From Pseudomonadota bacterium (GTDB taxonomy: Bacteria; Campylobacterota; Campylobacteria; Campylobacterales; Sulfurovaceae): a stretch of 36,272 nt of DNA. The notes under the pieces were generated by a model, which ran no database searches, was not told the origin of the DNA, and saw only the letters and a list, made by a program, of their open reading frames with translations. Shown here one piece after another: positions 10,174-18,495 of this stretch. The DNA is taken from NCBI GenBank assembly GCA_041163165.1, contig JBEARN010000001.1, positions 1 through 36,272 on the forward strand. The letters are read 5' to 3'. Every line of letters begins with the position of its first letter. The first letter of the stretch is position 1. The position numbers were made by a program, and so were the translations under genes.

Positions 10174-10261
10174 AAAAATAGTCCTGAAATAGTGTTTGTG
10201 TAAAATTGAAGTATTTTATCTAAAATGTGGTTATTTGAAGGTAAAGCCCTAAAGTAAAGCT

Positions 10262-11269
10262 CTAGACGCTTTTTAAAAGTGCAGCGATCTTTTCGCTTCC
10301 ATCCTTCTGGGTCATCTCCATCAACCATCCACTTTTAGCTTCAAGATCTTCATCCAATAATGTGATCACTTTGTCTATCACAATCTCCTCTTCACGCATA
10401 ATCCAAGCTAGATTTTTGTCTACCAAAAATTTTGCATTATAGTACTGATGATCTCCTGCAGCATAAGGATAAGGGACAAAAAGCGCAGGGACAGCAGAAG
10501 CACAAAGTTCCCACAATGTAGATGCACCTGAGCGTGCGATGGCAAGATCGGCTTGATTCATGTAAAAAGTCAACTTATCCGTAAATCCAAATACTTCGGC
10601 TTCTATCCCTAGTTCGGCATACGCTTTTTGAACCTCATCGATGTGTTTTTCACCGGCTTGATGAATGATCTTTATTCCTCTTTTTTTCAGTTCTGGTGCG
10701 ATCTGCAATGCTAAAGCATTAATCGCTTTTGCCCCTTGTGAGCCTCCCAAAAAAATGATTGTTTTGACATCTTTTCTCAGATGGGCATTGTCAAAAAAGA
10801 CTTGCTTGATAGGGTAAGCTTTGATCGGACTTTCTTCCAAATAGGAAGAGATAAATGCTTTTGCATACGGTTTGAGCGATCGATTGAGCGATCCCAAGGC
10901 AGCATTTTGCTCGTGGATCACCAAAGGAATTCTAAGTATTTTTGCGGCAAATGCTGTCGCTGCTGCAGAAAAACCTCCTACAGAAAAAACTACTTTTGCC
11001 TGATGCTTGCGCAGATAATGCATCGCTTTAAAAGTCGCTTTTAAGAGCATCCATAATGAGATGATTTTCCCAAAAATGCCTTGGTTCACTACGCCTCTTG
11101 TTTCTAAAAAATAGTGTGCCGAAAAATCTTCATCGTGTTCAAACCACTGTTTATCTTGTCCTTTGGTCGAACCGATATACACAAGTTCTTCCTCTTTGAG
11201 ATACTCTTTCACTGCCTTGATAATGGCAAGATGCCCACCTGTGCCACCGCCTGTCATGACTATGCTCAT
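10262..11269 (-). CDS. murG: Undecaprenyl-PP-MurNAc-pentapeptide GlcNAc transferase
   Basis: TGGGTGGH, HEQNA, GGSQGA, RSGAST and DHQYYNA motifs. Confidence 0.97.
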   Translation of the reverse strand: MSIVMTGGGTGGHLAIIKAVKEYLKEEELVYIGSTKGQDKQWFEHDEDFSAHYFLETRGVVNQGIFGKIISLWMLLKATFKAMHYLRKHQAKVVFSVGGFSAAATAFAAKILRIPLVIHEQNAALGSLNRSLKPYAKAFISSYLEESPIKAYPIKQVFFDNAHLRKDVKTIIFLGGSQGAKAINALALQIAPELKKRGIKIIHQAGEKHIDEVQKAYAELGIEAEVFGFTDKLTFYMNQADLAIARSGASTLWELCASAVPALFVPYPYAAGDHQYYNAKFLVDKNLAWIMREEEIVIDKVITLLDEDLEAKSGWLMEMTQKDGSEKIAALLKSV

Positions 11270-12444
11270 ACGATACGTCCTTCACTGTCTCTAGGTACTT
11301 TTTTGGAGACCATCAACACCATGCCTATAGCGATACAAGAGGCGATGATATGCGAACCTCCATAACTCAAAAATGGCACAGCGATACCCTTGATCGGCGT
11401 GATCCCTGAAATACCATACGAATTTAAGATAAATGCCAACGCGATCAACAACCCTACCCCTATAGAGAAAAGATAATAGATCGGTTTTTTAACCCTCGAT
11501 GCGATCTTGAAAATACGAAACACAATAAACAAAATCATCAATGTGACAAATAAAATCCCCATAAATCCAAATTCTTCCGTAATCCCCGCCAAGATAAAAT
11601 CGGTATGGACTTCACTCAAATACCCTAATTTAAATTGACCATTGCCAAGTCCTTCACCGACAAAACCGCCATTGTGAATAGCATTAAGAGAATTCGAGAT
11701 TTGATAAGGCTCTTTAACTGCGGCGATACGGAGCCTCTCCACTTCAAAAGGGAGCATAGGGAGAATGCTATCTTGCACCGTCCCCCACCAACTCTTGATC
11801 CTTGCCATACGGTGAGGCGCGAAAAAGATGAGTGCCCCAAATCCTACAAAGCCCACCATCATTAAAGAACCAAAAAACTTCCATGAACTCCCGATAAATA
11901 AAAACAAAATCAAAAGTGTCACCCCTAGCACCACGACTTGCCCCAAATCTTTTTGGAACACTGCGATCAATACAACTGCCACGCTAAACAAAACCAGATA
12001 AGGGAAAAAAGCACGCACTTCTTCCCACAACTGCATCGATTGTTTGTCAAGCAACTTGCGGGAAAAACTCCATGCCAAAAAGAAAACAAATCCTATCTTA
12101 AAATACTCTACGGGGGCAACAGACATCGGCCCAAGGCGTATCCATCTTTTTGCACCACCTACTGCATGCACCAGTGACGTGGGAAGGAATTGCATCACTA
12201 TCATAACTATAAAAAAACTGATAAACAACCCCAAGCCTACCCTCGAAAACCAAACATCTGGCTCCAAGCGACTCAATCCTATCATCATTACTAACCCTAT
12301 AAAAACAGCGATTCCTTGTCTAAGCAAAAAATGAAAATCGGCATAATTTAACCGCTCTACTTCATAAGCCGAGAGAGAATAACTCATCACGAGCGATACC
12401 GTCAACAATATCATCACAGCTGCCAAAAGGGGTTTATCTATCAT
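11266..12444 (-). CDS. ftsW: SEDS-family peptidoglycan glycosyltransferase FtsW
   Basis: GAKRWI, Q.DLG, YQ, LSEVHTDFI, EEFG and PFLSYGGS motifs. 4-nt overlap with murG. Confidence 0.93.
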   Translation of the reverse strand: MIDKPLLAAVMILLTVSLVMSYSLSAYEVERLNYADFHFLLRQGIAVFIGLVMMIGLSRLEPDVWFSRVGLGLFISFFIVMIVMQFLPTSLVHAVGGAKRWIRLGPMSVAPVEYFKIGFVFFLAWSFSRKLLDKQSMQLWEEVRAFFPYLVLFSVAVVLIAVFQKDLGQVVVLGVTLLILFLFIGSSWKFFGSLMMVGFVGFGALIFFAPHRMARIKSWWGTVQDSILPMLPFEVERLRIAAVKEPYQISNSLNAIHNGGFVGEGLGNGQFKLGYLSEVHTDFILAGITEEFGFMGILFVTLMILFIVFRIFKIASRVKKPIYYLFSIGVGLLIALAFILNSYGISGITPIKGIAVPFLSYGGSHIIASCIAIGMVLMVSKKVPRDSEGRIV

Positions 12445-12473
12445 ACGTGTCTTTCTGTAGTTATATCAAAAAG

Positions 12474-12510
12474 TATTTTATCAAAAGTAACAGATAACTT
12501 TGATAAAATA
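12474..12510. promoter_or_regulatory. Back-to-back extended -10 promoters for ftsW and ftsI forming a 12-bp inverted repeat
   Basis: TATTTTATCAAA-N13-TTTGATAAAATA. Each arm contains TGaTAAAAT pointing toward its gene. Confidence 0.55.
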
Positions 12511-12531
12511 ACACGCTACTAAGAGGAAAAA

Positions 12532-14583
12532 ATGCAGAAAAAAAACCAGAATCAAGCGATCAATAACCGTACCACTAAAATCTCTTTTCTCTTTCTTCTT
12601 CTGATCCTCTTGTTAAGTGGATTTCTCTTCTCTGTCTTTAAAACCATCTCTTCAGACAGACAAATACCGAGCCACCATGCTACCAAACATGACCGTTCTT
12701 TGCGTGGCGCGGTCATTTCAGCCGATGGATACACGCTCAGCAGTTCAGAAAAAACATACGAAGCTTCCATCCGTGGCGAAAGTATCGATCCGGATAAACG
12801 GGCGCTTTTTGTCAAACTTTTTAGCATCTACAGCGGGATAGCAGAAAACGACGTCCGCCAGATACTCAAAGAACGAAAAAACAAAGGGCACATCATCCTC
12901 TCTAAAACACTCGATACACGCAATGCGATGCAACTCAAATCACTCGCTTACAAACTTAAAAAACTCGATGTGTTTCGCTCTATCAAAAACAAAAATGGGA
13001 TCGAAGTACTCTACGGATTAGACATCACGGAAAACGGTGAACATCGACGTTTCCCGCTTGTGGATGTTTTAACTCCTATTTTGGGCTATACGCGAGACAA
13101 AATGGATCATGGCTACAACAGACCTGTCGGACAAAAAGGGTTAGAACAATCGTATGAAAAACACATCACCTCCAAAAAAGATGGTTATTTTCAAGGGAAA
13201 CGCGATGTGTTGGGCAGGATTATCCATGATAAAAACAGTATCAAGCTCGAACGTGTCGATGGTTTAGATCTCCATCTCAACATCCCACTTGGCGTCCAAA
13301 GACGCGTCGAACTGATGATCGATGAGATGAAGCAAAATCTGGATGCCGATGAGATCATCGTCGGGATCATGGAGAGTCGCACAGGCAAACTTCTATCGCT
13401 TGCTTCAACAGAGCGCTACAATCCTTCTGCCATTCAACAAAAAGATATTAATGCATTGCAACCCAAATTTACCGAATACGCCTATGAAGCAGGTTCCGTG
13501 ATGAAGCCCATCTCTATCGCTATTGCGCTCGATAAGAACAAAATTACTCCCGATACATTGTTTAATACAGGATATAAAAGATTTGATATTACGGGCGGAC
13601 AACATATCAGTGATGATGATTATTTTGACTCTCTTTCTGTGACCGATATCATCGTGCACTCCTCCAACATTGGGTCATCACAAATTTCATGGCTCCTCTC
13701 TGGTCAAGAATTTAGAGAGGGGTTACTTCAATTTGGTGTAGCACGACCTTCTGGCATTGATCTCTCCCGTGACCTGCCAGGTTCTCTCAAGCCTCTGAAG
13801 TTACTCAACCATAAAATGCATAGAGCAAACTCTTCATTTGGCTATGGTATGACGATAACCTTCGCGCAACTTATCAAAGCCTATAGTGCGTTTAACAATA
13901 ATGGTATCGCTGTAACACCACGGATTATTGATTATTTAGAAGATGCGCAAGAGCACCGCTACACTTTGGAACCTACGATCCCAGACCTCAAAGCTGTGAG
14001 CCAAAAAACGGCTGAGCAAATCAAAACAATTCTTAAAGAAGTCGTGAGCAGAGGAACAGGGGTTAAAGGTCAATACCCAGGGCTAGAAATAGGCGGGAAA
14101 ACAGGAACCGCCCACATCGCCAAAAATGGCCATTATGTCAAAGAATACCATAGCAGTTTTTATGGATTTGCGAATGATGATGAAGGTCACAAATATACCA
14201 TCGGTGCTCTTGTGATACGCGCCAAAAAACCTTATGCTTATTTTGCTTCCAATTCTGCAGTACCTACCTTTAAGAAAATGGTGGAAATCCTTGTAGAACT
14301 TGATTACCTCAAACCGACGAAAATCGAAGCGCCTCAAGAAAGCAATGATACAATAACGACACTTGCCCCTGCGGTGGCGCAAGAAAAAAGTATCGTCATA
14401 CCCAAAGCACCTGTCCAAGCGATCAAAAAATCAGACCCCAAACCTGCTCCATCGGTCAAAGAACTATTTAAACCCAAGGCACCTGTGAAAACACCCTTGA
14501 AGCCAGTAATCACTCAACCAAAAATAGAGAAAATACCGCCCAACTCTCCACCAAAAGAAAAGAGTTTCGAAGAGCTTTTTTAG
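12532..14583 (+). CDS. ftsI: Class B penicillin-binding protein (PBP3/FtsI-like)
   Basis: N-terminal TM, RG.V.S.DG, R.FP and G..GLE pedestal motifs, transpeptidase motifs SVMK, SSN and KTG, and a Pro/Lys-rich tail. Adjacent to ftsW. Confidence 0.88.
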   Translation: MQKKNQNQAINNRTTKISFLFLLLILLLSGFLFSVFKTISSDRQIPSHHATKHDRSLRGAVISADGYTLSSSEKTYEASIRGESIDPDKRALFVKLFSIYSGIAENDVRQILKERKNKGHIILSKTLDTRNAMQLKSLAYKLKKLDVFRSIKNKNGIEVLYGLDITENGEHRRFPLVDVLTPILGYTRDKMDHGYNRPVGQKGLEQSYEKHITSKKDGYFQGKRDVLGRIIHDKNSIKLERVDGLDLHLNIPLGVQRRVELMIDEMKQNLDADEIIVGIMESRTGKLLSLASTERYNPSAIQQKDINALQPKFTEYAYEAGSVMKPISIAIALDKNKITPDTLFNTGYKRFDITGGQHISDDDYFDSLSVTDIIVHSSNIGSSQISWLLSGQEFREGLLQFGVARPSGIDLSRDLPGSLKPLKLLNHKMHRANSSFGYGMTITFAQLIKAYSAFNNNGIAVTPRIIDYLEDAQEHRYTLEPTIPDLKAVSQKTAEQIKTILKEVVSRGTGVKGQYPGLEIGGKTGTAHIAKNGHYVKEYHSSFYGFANDDEGHKYTIGALVIRAKKPYAYFASNSAVPTFKKMVEILVELDYLKPTKIEAPQESNDTITTLAPAVAQEKSIVIPKAPVQAIKKSDPKPAPSVKELFKPKAPVKTPLKPVITQPKIEKIPPNSPPKEKSFEELF

Positions 14584-14595
14584 CTTTTTGCCCTT

Positions 14596-15420
14596 TTAGA
14601 TCCACATATTATCGATCAATCTCACCTGACCGACTCTGGCGGCAATGAGGATCATCGTATTGCCTATCTCTACCGTTTCAAGTGTTCTAAAGGCTCTATC
14701 TACGATGGCAACGTATTGAATCTCATCTGTTTCTTCTAACACACTGCGCATCTCTTTTTGGATAGCCGATATCGATCTTTCTCCGCGTATCACCATTTGA
14801 GTCGCCTGTTTTAATGCACGTGAAAGTGCTAAGGCACGTACTTTTTCTTCCCCACTTAAATAAGCATTTCTACTGCTGAGTGCCAATCCGTTTTCATCTC
14901 GTACGATCTCGCAAGGGATCACCTGCACATCCATGAAGTAATTTTTGACCATTTGAGTAATGAGTGCCAACTGTTGTGCATCTTTTTTACCAAAATAGGC
15001 ACGGGTGGCACCACTGAGATTGAGAAGTTTCATCACTACTTGCAGCATCCCATCAAAATGCCCAGGACGTTTTTGCCCCTCCAAGATATACCCGCGGATA
15101 GCTGGTGCGCCTATGGAGAGTTCATCTTTTTCATACATATCTTCTATCGTAGGCATAAAAAGAATGTCTACCCCTGCAAGTTCACATATCTTGATATCGG
15201 CTTGCTCTTTCCGAGGATAACTATCGAGGTCTTCCCCTTCCAAAAACTGCGTAGGATTGACAAACACAGAAACGATAAGATGGTCATTTTCTTTTTTGGC
15301 TTGTTGTATAAGAGAGAGATGCCCTTTATGCAATGCGCCCATTGTAGGAACAAAACCGATCGTGCCAACCAATGTTTTTTTTGCCTCTTGCAACGCTTCT
15401 ACACTACGAACGATCTCCAT
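14596..15420 (-). CDS. panC: Pantoate--beta-alanine ligase
   Basis: FVPTMGALHKGH, FVNPTQF, RPGHF.G, FGKKDAQQ, GLALSSRN and RLIDN motifs. Start moved to the ATG at 15420 because SD GAGG precedes it (ORF track gives 15432). Confidence 0.96.
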   Translation of the reverse strand: MEIVRSVEALQEAKKTLVGTIGFVPTMGALHKGHLSLIQQAKKENDHLIVSVFVNPTQFLEGEDLDSYPRKEQADIKICELAGVDILFMPTIEDMYEKDELSIGAPAIRGYILEGQKRPGHFDGMLQVVMKLLNLSGATRAYFGKKDAQQLALITQMVKNYFMDVQVIPCEIVRDENGLALSSRNAYLSGEEKVRALALSRALKQATQMVIRGERSISAIQKEMRSVLEETDEIQYVAIVDRAFRTLETVEIGNTMILIAARVGQVRLIDNMWI

Positions 15421-15444
15421 CTCTAACCTCATATTTCGGATTTA

Positions 15445-15464
15445 TTTGGTAGAATTTTACCAAA
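15445..15464. promoter_or_regulatory. Overlapping divergent extended -10 elements for panC and prfB
   Basis: TTTGGTA-GAATTT-TACCAAA. The + strand reads TGgTAGAAT (15447-15455) and the - strand reads TGgTAAAAT (15462-15454). Confidence 0.55.
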
Positions 15465-15508
15465 AAAGGTGAATATCTAATAGCGTCTAATGAATAGTAA
15501 CAAAAAAA

Positions 15509-15540
15509 CACTATTCACTATCCACTATTCACTATTCACT
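15509..15540 (+). repeat. Heptamer tandem repeat (CACTATT) x4.5
   Basis: CACTATT CACTATC CACTATT CACTATT CACT, with a complementary TGAATAGT at 15491-15498. Confidence 0.9.
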
Positions 15541-15560
15541 CGAAAAAGGAACTTTTTCGG

Positions 15561-16655
15561 ATGGATGCTTACGAATACAGCGAACTTCTCAAATCACTGA
15601 CGACTAAAATGAACAACATTAAAAATATTGTCAAACCAGACAAATTAGAATCAAGACTCCAAGAGATAGAGGTCGCGCAGCAAGACCCTAATTTTTGGAA
15701 TGATGCTGACAACGCAGGAAAAGTATCACAAGAAAAAACCAAAACCGAACGTATCTTAAAAACGTACTATGCTGCCCATAATGCGGTACAAGATGCAAGT
15801 GAATATTTCGAACTTTCCAAAGCAGAAAATGACGAAGAAACCCTTGAGTTGCTTTATGAAGATGCCGATCGCCTCGAAGAGAGCACCCATGCTCTAGAAG
15901 TGCAAATGATGCTCAGCGGCGAACATGATGGCGCCAATGCCATCGTCACCATCCACCCTGGCGCAGGGGGGACAGAGTCTCAAGACTGGGCAAGCATGCT
16001 TTACCGTATGTACTTACGATGGGCAGAACGACATGATTTTAAAGTCGAAATACTAGACTACCAATCAGGGGAAGAAGCGGGGATCAAAGATGCCTCTTTC
16101 ATCATCAAGGGAGAGAATGCTTACGGGTACCTCAAAGTGGAAAATGGTATCCATAGGCTAGTGCGTATCTCTCCATTTGACTCCAATGCCAAACGACATA
16201 CCTCTTTTACTTCCGTGATGGTCTCTCCAGAGATCGATGATGACATCGATATCGTGATAGAAGATAAAGATCTTCGTGTAGACACTTACCGTGCGTCTGG
16301 GGCGGGAGGGCAACATGTCAACAAAACAGAATCTGCTATCCGTCTGACACACCTCCCGACCAATATCATCGTGCAATGTCAAAATGACAGAAGTCAACAC
16401 AAAAACAGAGCTTCAGCCATGAAAATGCTCAAATCACGTCTTTACGAATACGAAATGGCGAAAAAACAAGCAGCGATCGACGGGATAGAAAAATCAGAGA
16501 TAGGGTGGGGGCACCAGATACGCTCTTACGTCATGCAGCCGTATCAGCAAATCAAAGATACCCGATCCAACCAAGCATTTACGAACGTCGAAGCGATCCT
16601 TGATGGGGATATCGATAAACTATTAGAAGGGGTACTCATCGCACAAGCGAAGTAG
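15561..16655 (+). CDS. prfB: Peptide chain release factor 2, single uninterrupted ORF
   Basis: GAGGTES.DWA, SPF anticodon tripeptide, GGQ motif and WGHQIRSY. Confidence 0.98.
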   Translation: MDAYEYSELLKSLTTKMNNIKNIVKPDKLESRLQEIEVAQQDPNFWNDADNAGKVSQEKTKTERILKTYYAAHNAVQDASEYFELSKAENDEETLELLYEDADRLEESTHALEVQMMLSGEHDGANAIVTIHPGAGGTESQDWASMLYRMYLRWAERHDFKVEILDYQSGEEAGIKDASFIIKGENAYGYLKVENGIHRLVRISPFDSNAKRHTSFTSVMVSPEIDDDIDIVIEDKDLRVDTYRASGAGGQHVNKTESAIRLTHLPTNIIVQCQNDRSQHKNRASAMKMLKSRLYEYEMAKKQAAIDGIEKSEIGWGHQIRSYVMQPYQQIKDTRSNQAFTNVEAILDGDIDKLLEGVLIAQAK

Positions 16656-16657
16656 GA

Positions 16658-16780
16658 CTACTCTCGGTTCTCTTTTTCCCGAAGGTATTTTGAGATAGTT
16701 TTTGTGATCACAATAGCGGTTATAAACGCTAGAATGATCATCGAAGCAGTGTAAAGTGCATGCGTCAAATCGATCTTCAC
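16658..16780 (-). CDS. Small 40-aa single-pass membrane protein (not in ORF track)
   Basis: GTG start overlaps the upstream TGA (GTGA), with SD-like AAAGGGGA. Translation MKIDLTHALYTASMIILAFITAIVITKTISKYLREKENRE*. Confidence 0.65.
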   Translation of the reverse strand: MKIDLTHALYTASMIILAFITAIVITKTISKYLREKENRE

Positions 16781-17433
16781 AGATCCCCTTTCAATATCAG
16801 TTGCTGGTCTTCTATCTTATAGGCAAGATCACAGCGTGATTCCATGCTCTCATCGTGGGTTACCAATACCAAAGCAGCGCCTGTCTCTTTCACATAGTTC
16901 AAAAGTACCTCTATCACCAATTCGGCTGTCTCTTTGTCTAAATTTCCCGTAGGTTCATCGGCGAAAATGATTTTCGGTTTTTTACTTAACACCCGTGCGA
17001 TCGATACACGTTGTTGTTGCCCACCAGATAGATCGCCGATCTTATGGTTCATCAACCCTTTGATCTCCAGTTTTTCAAGAAGAGATTCTTCTATCGTCTC
17101 GCCACTCAACATCGTGGCTACCTCTATATTTTCCAATGCACTCATCCCCTTAAAAAGGTAATGAAACTGAAAAATGATCCCTATCTCATAACGGCGTAGA
17201 GACTCTATCGTTCGCTCATTAAGGCTATAAAGATCTTTCCCTAGAAATTTTACTTTCCCTTGGTTTGGTTTGATGAACGTTGACAAGATATGCAATAAAG
17301 TCGATTTTCCGCATCCGCTTCGCCCTATGATAGCCATACTTTGTGAAGCCTGGAGTGTGAAATTCACATCGTGAAAAAGAAGGGTGTCAAAACGATGAGA
17401 GAGATTTTCAGCTTCCAAGACTATAGAGGACAT
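16777..17433 (-). CDS. ABC transporter ATP-binding protein, LolD/MacB-like, no adjacent permease
   Basis: GRSGCGKS, FQFHYL, LSGGQQQR, FADEPTGNLD and VTHD motifs, all intact. Confidence 0.92.
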   Translation of the reverse strand: MSSIVLEAENLSHRFDTLLFHDVNFTLQASQSMAIIGRSGCGKSTLLHILSTFIKPNQGKVKFLGKDLYSLNERTIESLRRYEIGIIFQFHYLFKGMSALENIEVATMLSGETIEESLLEKLEIKGLMNHKIGDLSGGQQQRVSIARVLSKKPKIIFADEPTGNLDKETAELVIEVLLNYVKETGAALVLVTHDESMESRCDLAYKIEDQQLILKGDL

Positions 17434-17495
17434 AAGCTACCTTTGAATAATGTGCCGTATTTTAGCATAAAAACATTGCCCCATTCTAAATCGGA

Positions 17496-18365
17496 TTAAA
17501 ATTTGATAGAGACATAAAAGCTGACATCAAACTCTTCATCTTCACTTAAAAAGTTATTTTTTCGATAGATGACATAAGAGGGTTTCGTAGTCGTTTCATA
17601 TTCATTCTCAATCAACCATTCATGATAAATCCAGTGGATAAACCGAAGCATATCTCCATATTTGCCACAAAGATCGAACTTCGCATAGACCCCTTCGGAT
17701 ATCTTGAACTTTGGCAACCTTGTGCCGGCAACTTGATGTGGCGTACTGACACAAGCGATGTACTGACACTCTGCCAAAGGGGTGATCGTAGGGTTGTCAT
17801 GAAGCAGTGCGATTTGTTGGTATTCTTGAAGGTTATTATTTAAAATCCATGTTTGGATCTTCTGCCATGTCTCTTTCACATTAACGTTATACCCTTTGTT
17901 GCGGATATAATAACTCTCGATCGCTGGCATCTTGACAATGGTCGGTGTCAATTGAGTGAAATCTGCCTTCGACGCCATCGCCGATTTGGACTGGGTCAAA
18001 ATATTGCTCGAATATGCTTTATACCCTCCATTTCGCCATGTTTTTGGCGTCATCTCAAAACGCTCTTTAAACACTTTGATAAAAGAGGATTGCGAACTGT
18101 AACCACATTCATTGGCAACATGTGAAATAGTCGAGTATTGGTTCGTCACCAAAAGATTGGCTGCTTTTTGGAGTCGGATCGATTTGATGCTCTCATAGAT
18201 ATTTTTTCCAAAAACCGATTTGAAGATGCGGTGCATATGAAACTTGCTCACGTGCAAATCTTCACTCAACTCTTCAATATCAATATGGGTATCAATATGG
18301 GTATAGATGTAATACATCATATCGTTGGCTAAATTGATTCTTTTTTCAAGTGTTTCTTTCTTCAT
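17496..18365 (-). CDS. AraC-family regulator with C-terminal GyrI-like effector domain
   Basis: N-terminal AraC HTH (SKFHMHRIFK...RLQKAA...CGYSSQSSF..VFK) and a C-terminal HDNP...YIAC...YAKF...W GyrI-like domain. Confidence 0.9.
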   Translation of the reverse strand: MKKETLEKRINLANDMMYYIYTHIDTHIDIEELSEDLHVSKFHMHRIFKSVFGKNIYESIKSIRLQKAANLLVTNQYSTISHVANECGYSSQSSFIKVFKERFEMTPKTWRNGGYKAYSSNILTQSKSAMASKADFTQLTPTIVKMPAIESYYIRNKGYNVNVKETWQKIQTWILNNNLQEYQQIALLHDNPTITPLAECQYIACVSTPHQVAGTRLPKFKISEGVYAKFDLCGKYGDMLRFIHWIYHEWLIENEYETTTKPSYVIYRKNNFLSEDEEFDVSFYVSIKF

Positions 18366-18495
18366 AATGACACTATTTTAGCATGAATAGATAAATTATA
18401 AAACAATAATAAACAATAAATAAAGCAATAATTATAAAGAATTGCCTGATTAAATCGTCTTATAATGACACATACTTTCAAAAAGGAATGAAATA

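Noticed and set aside
15509-15540. Possible CRISPR-like repeat
   Set aside because: Contiguous 7-nt units without spacers, and no cas genes.
15595-15607. Canonical prfB +1 programmed frameshift at CAC-TGA-C
   Set aside because: No CUU slippery codon or internal SD. A +1 shift meets TAA after two codons, and prfB is already complete from ATG 15561.
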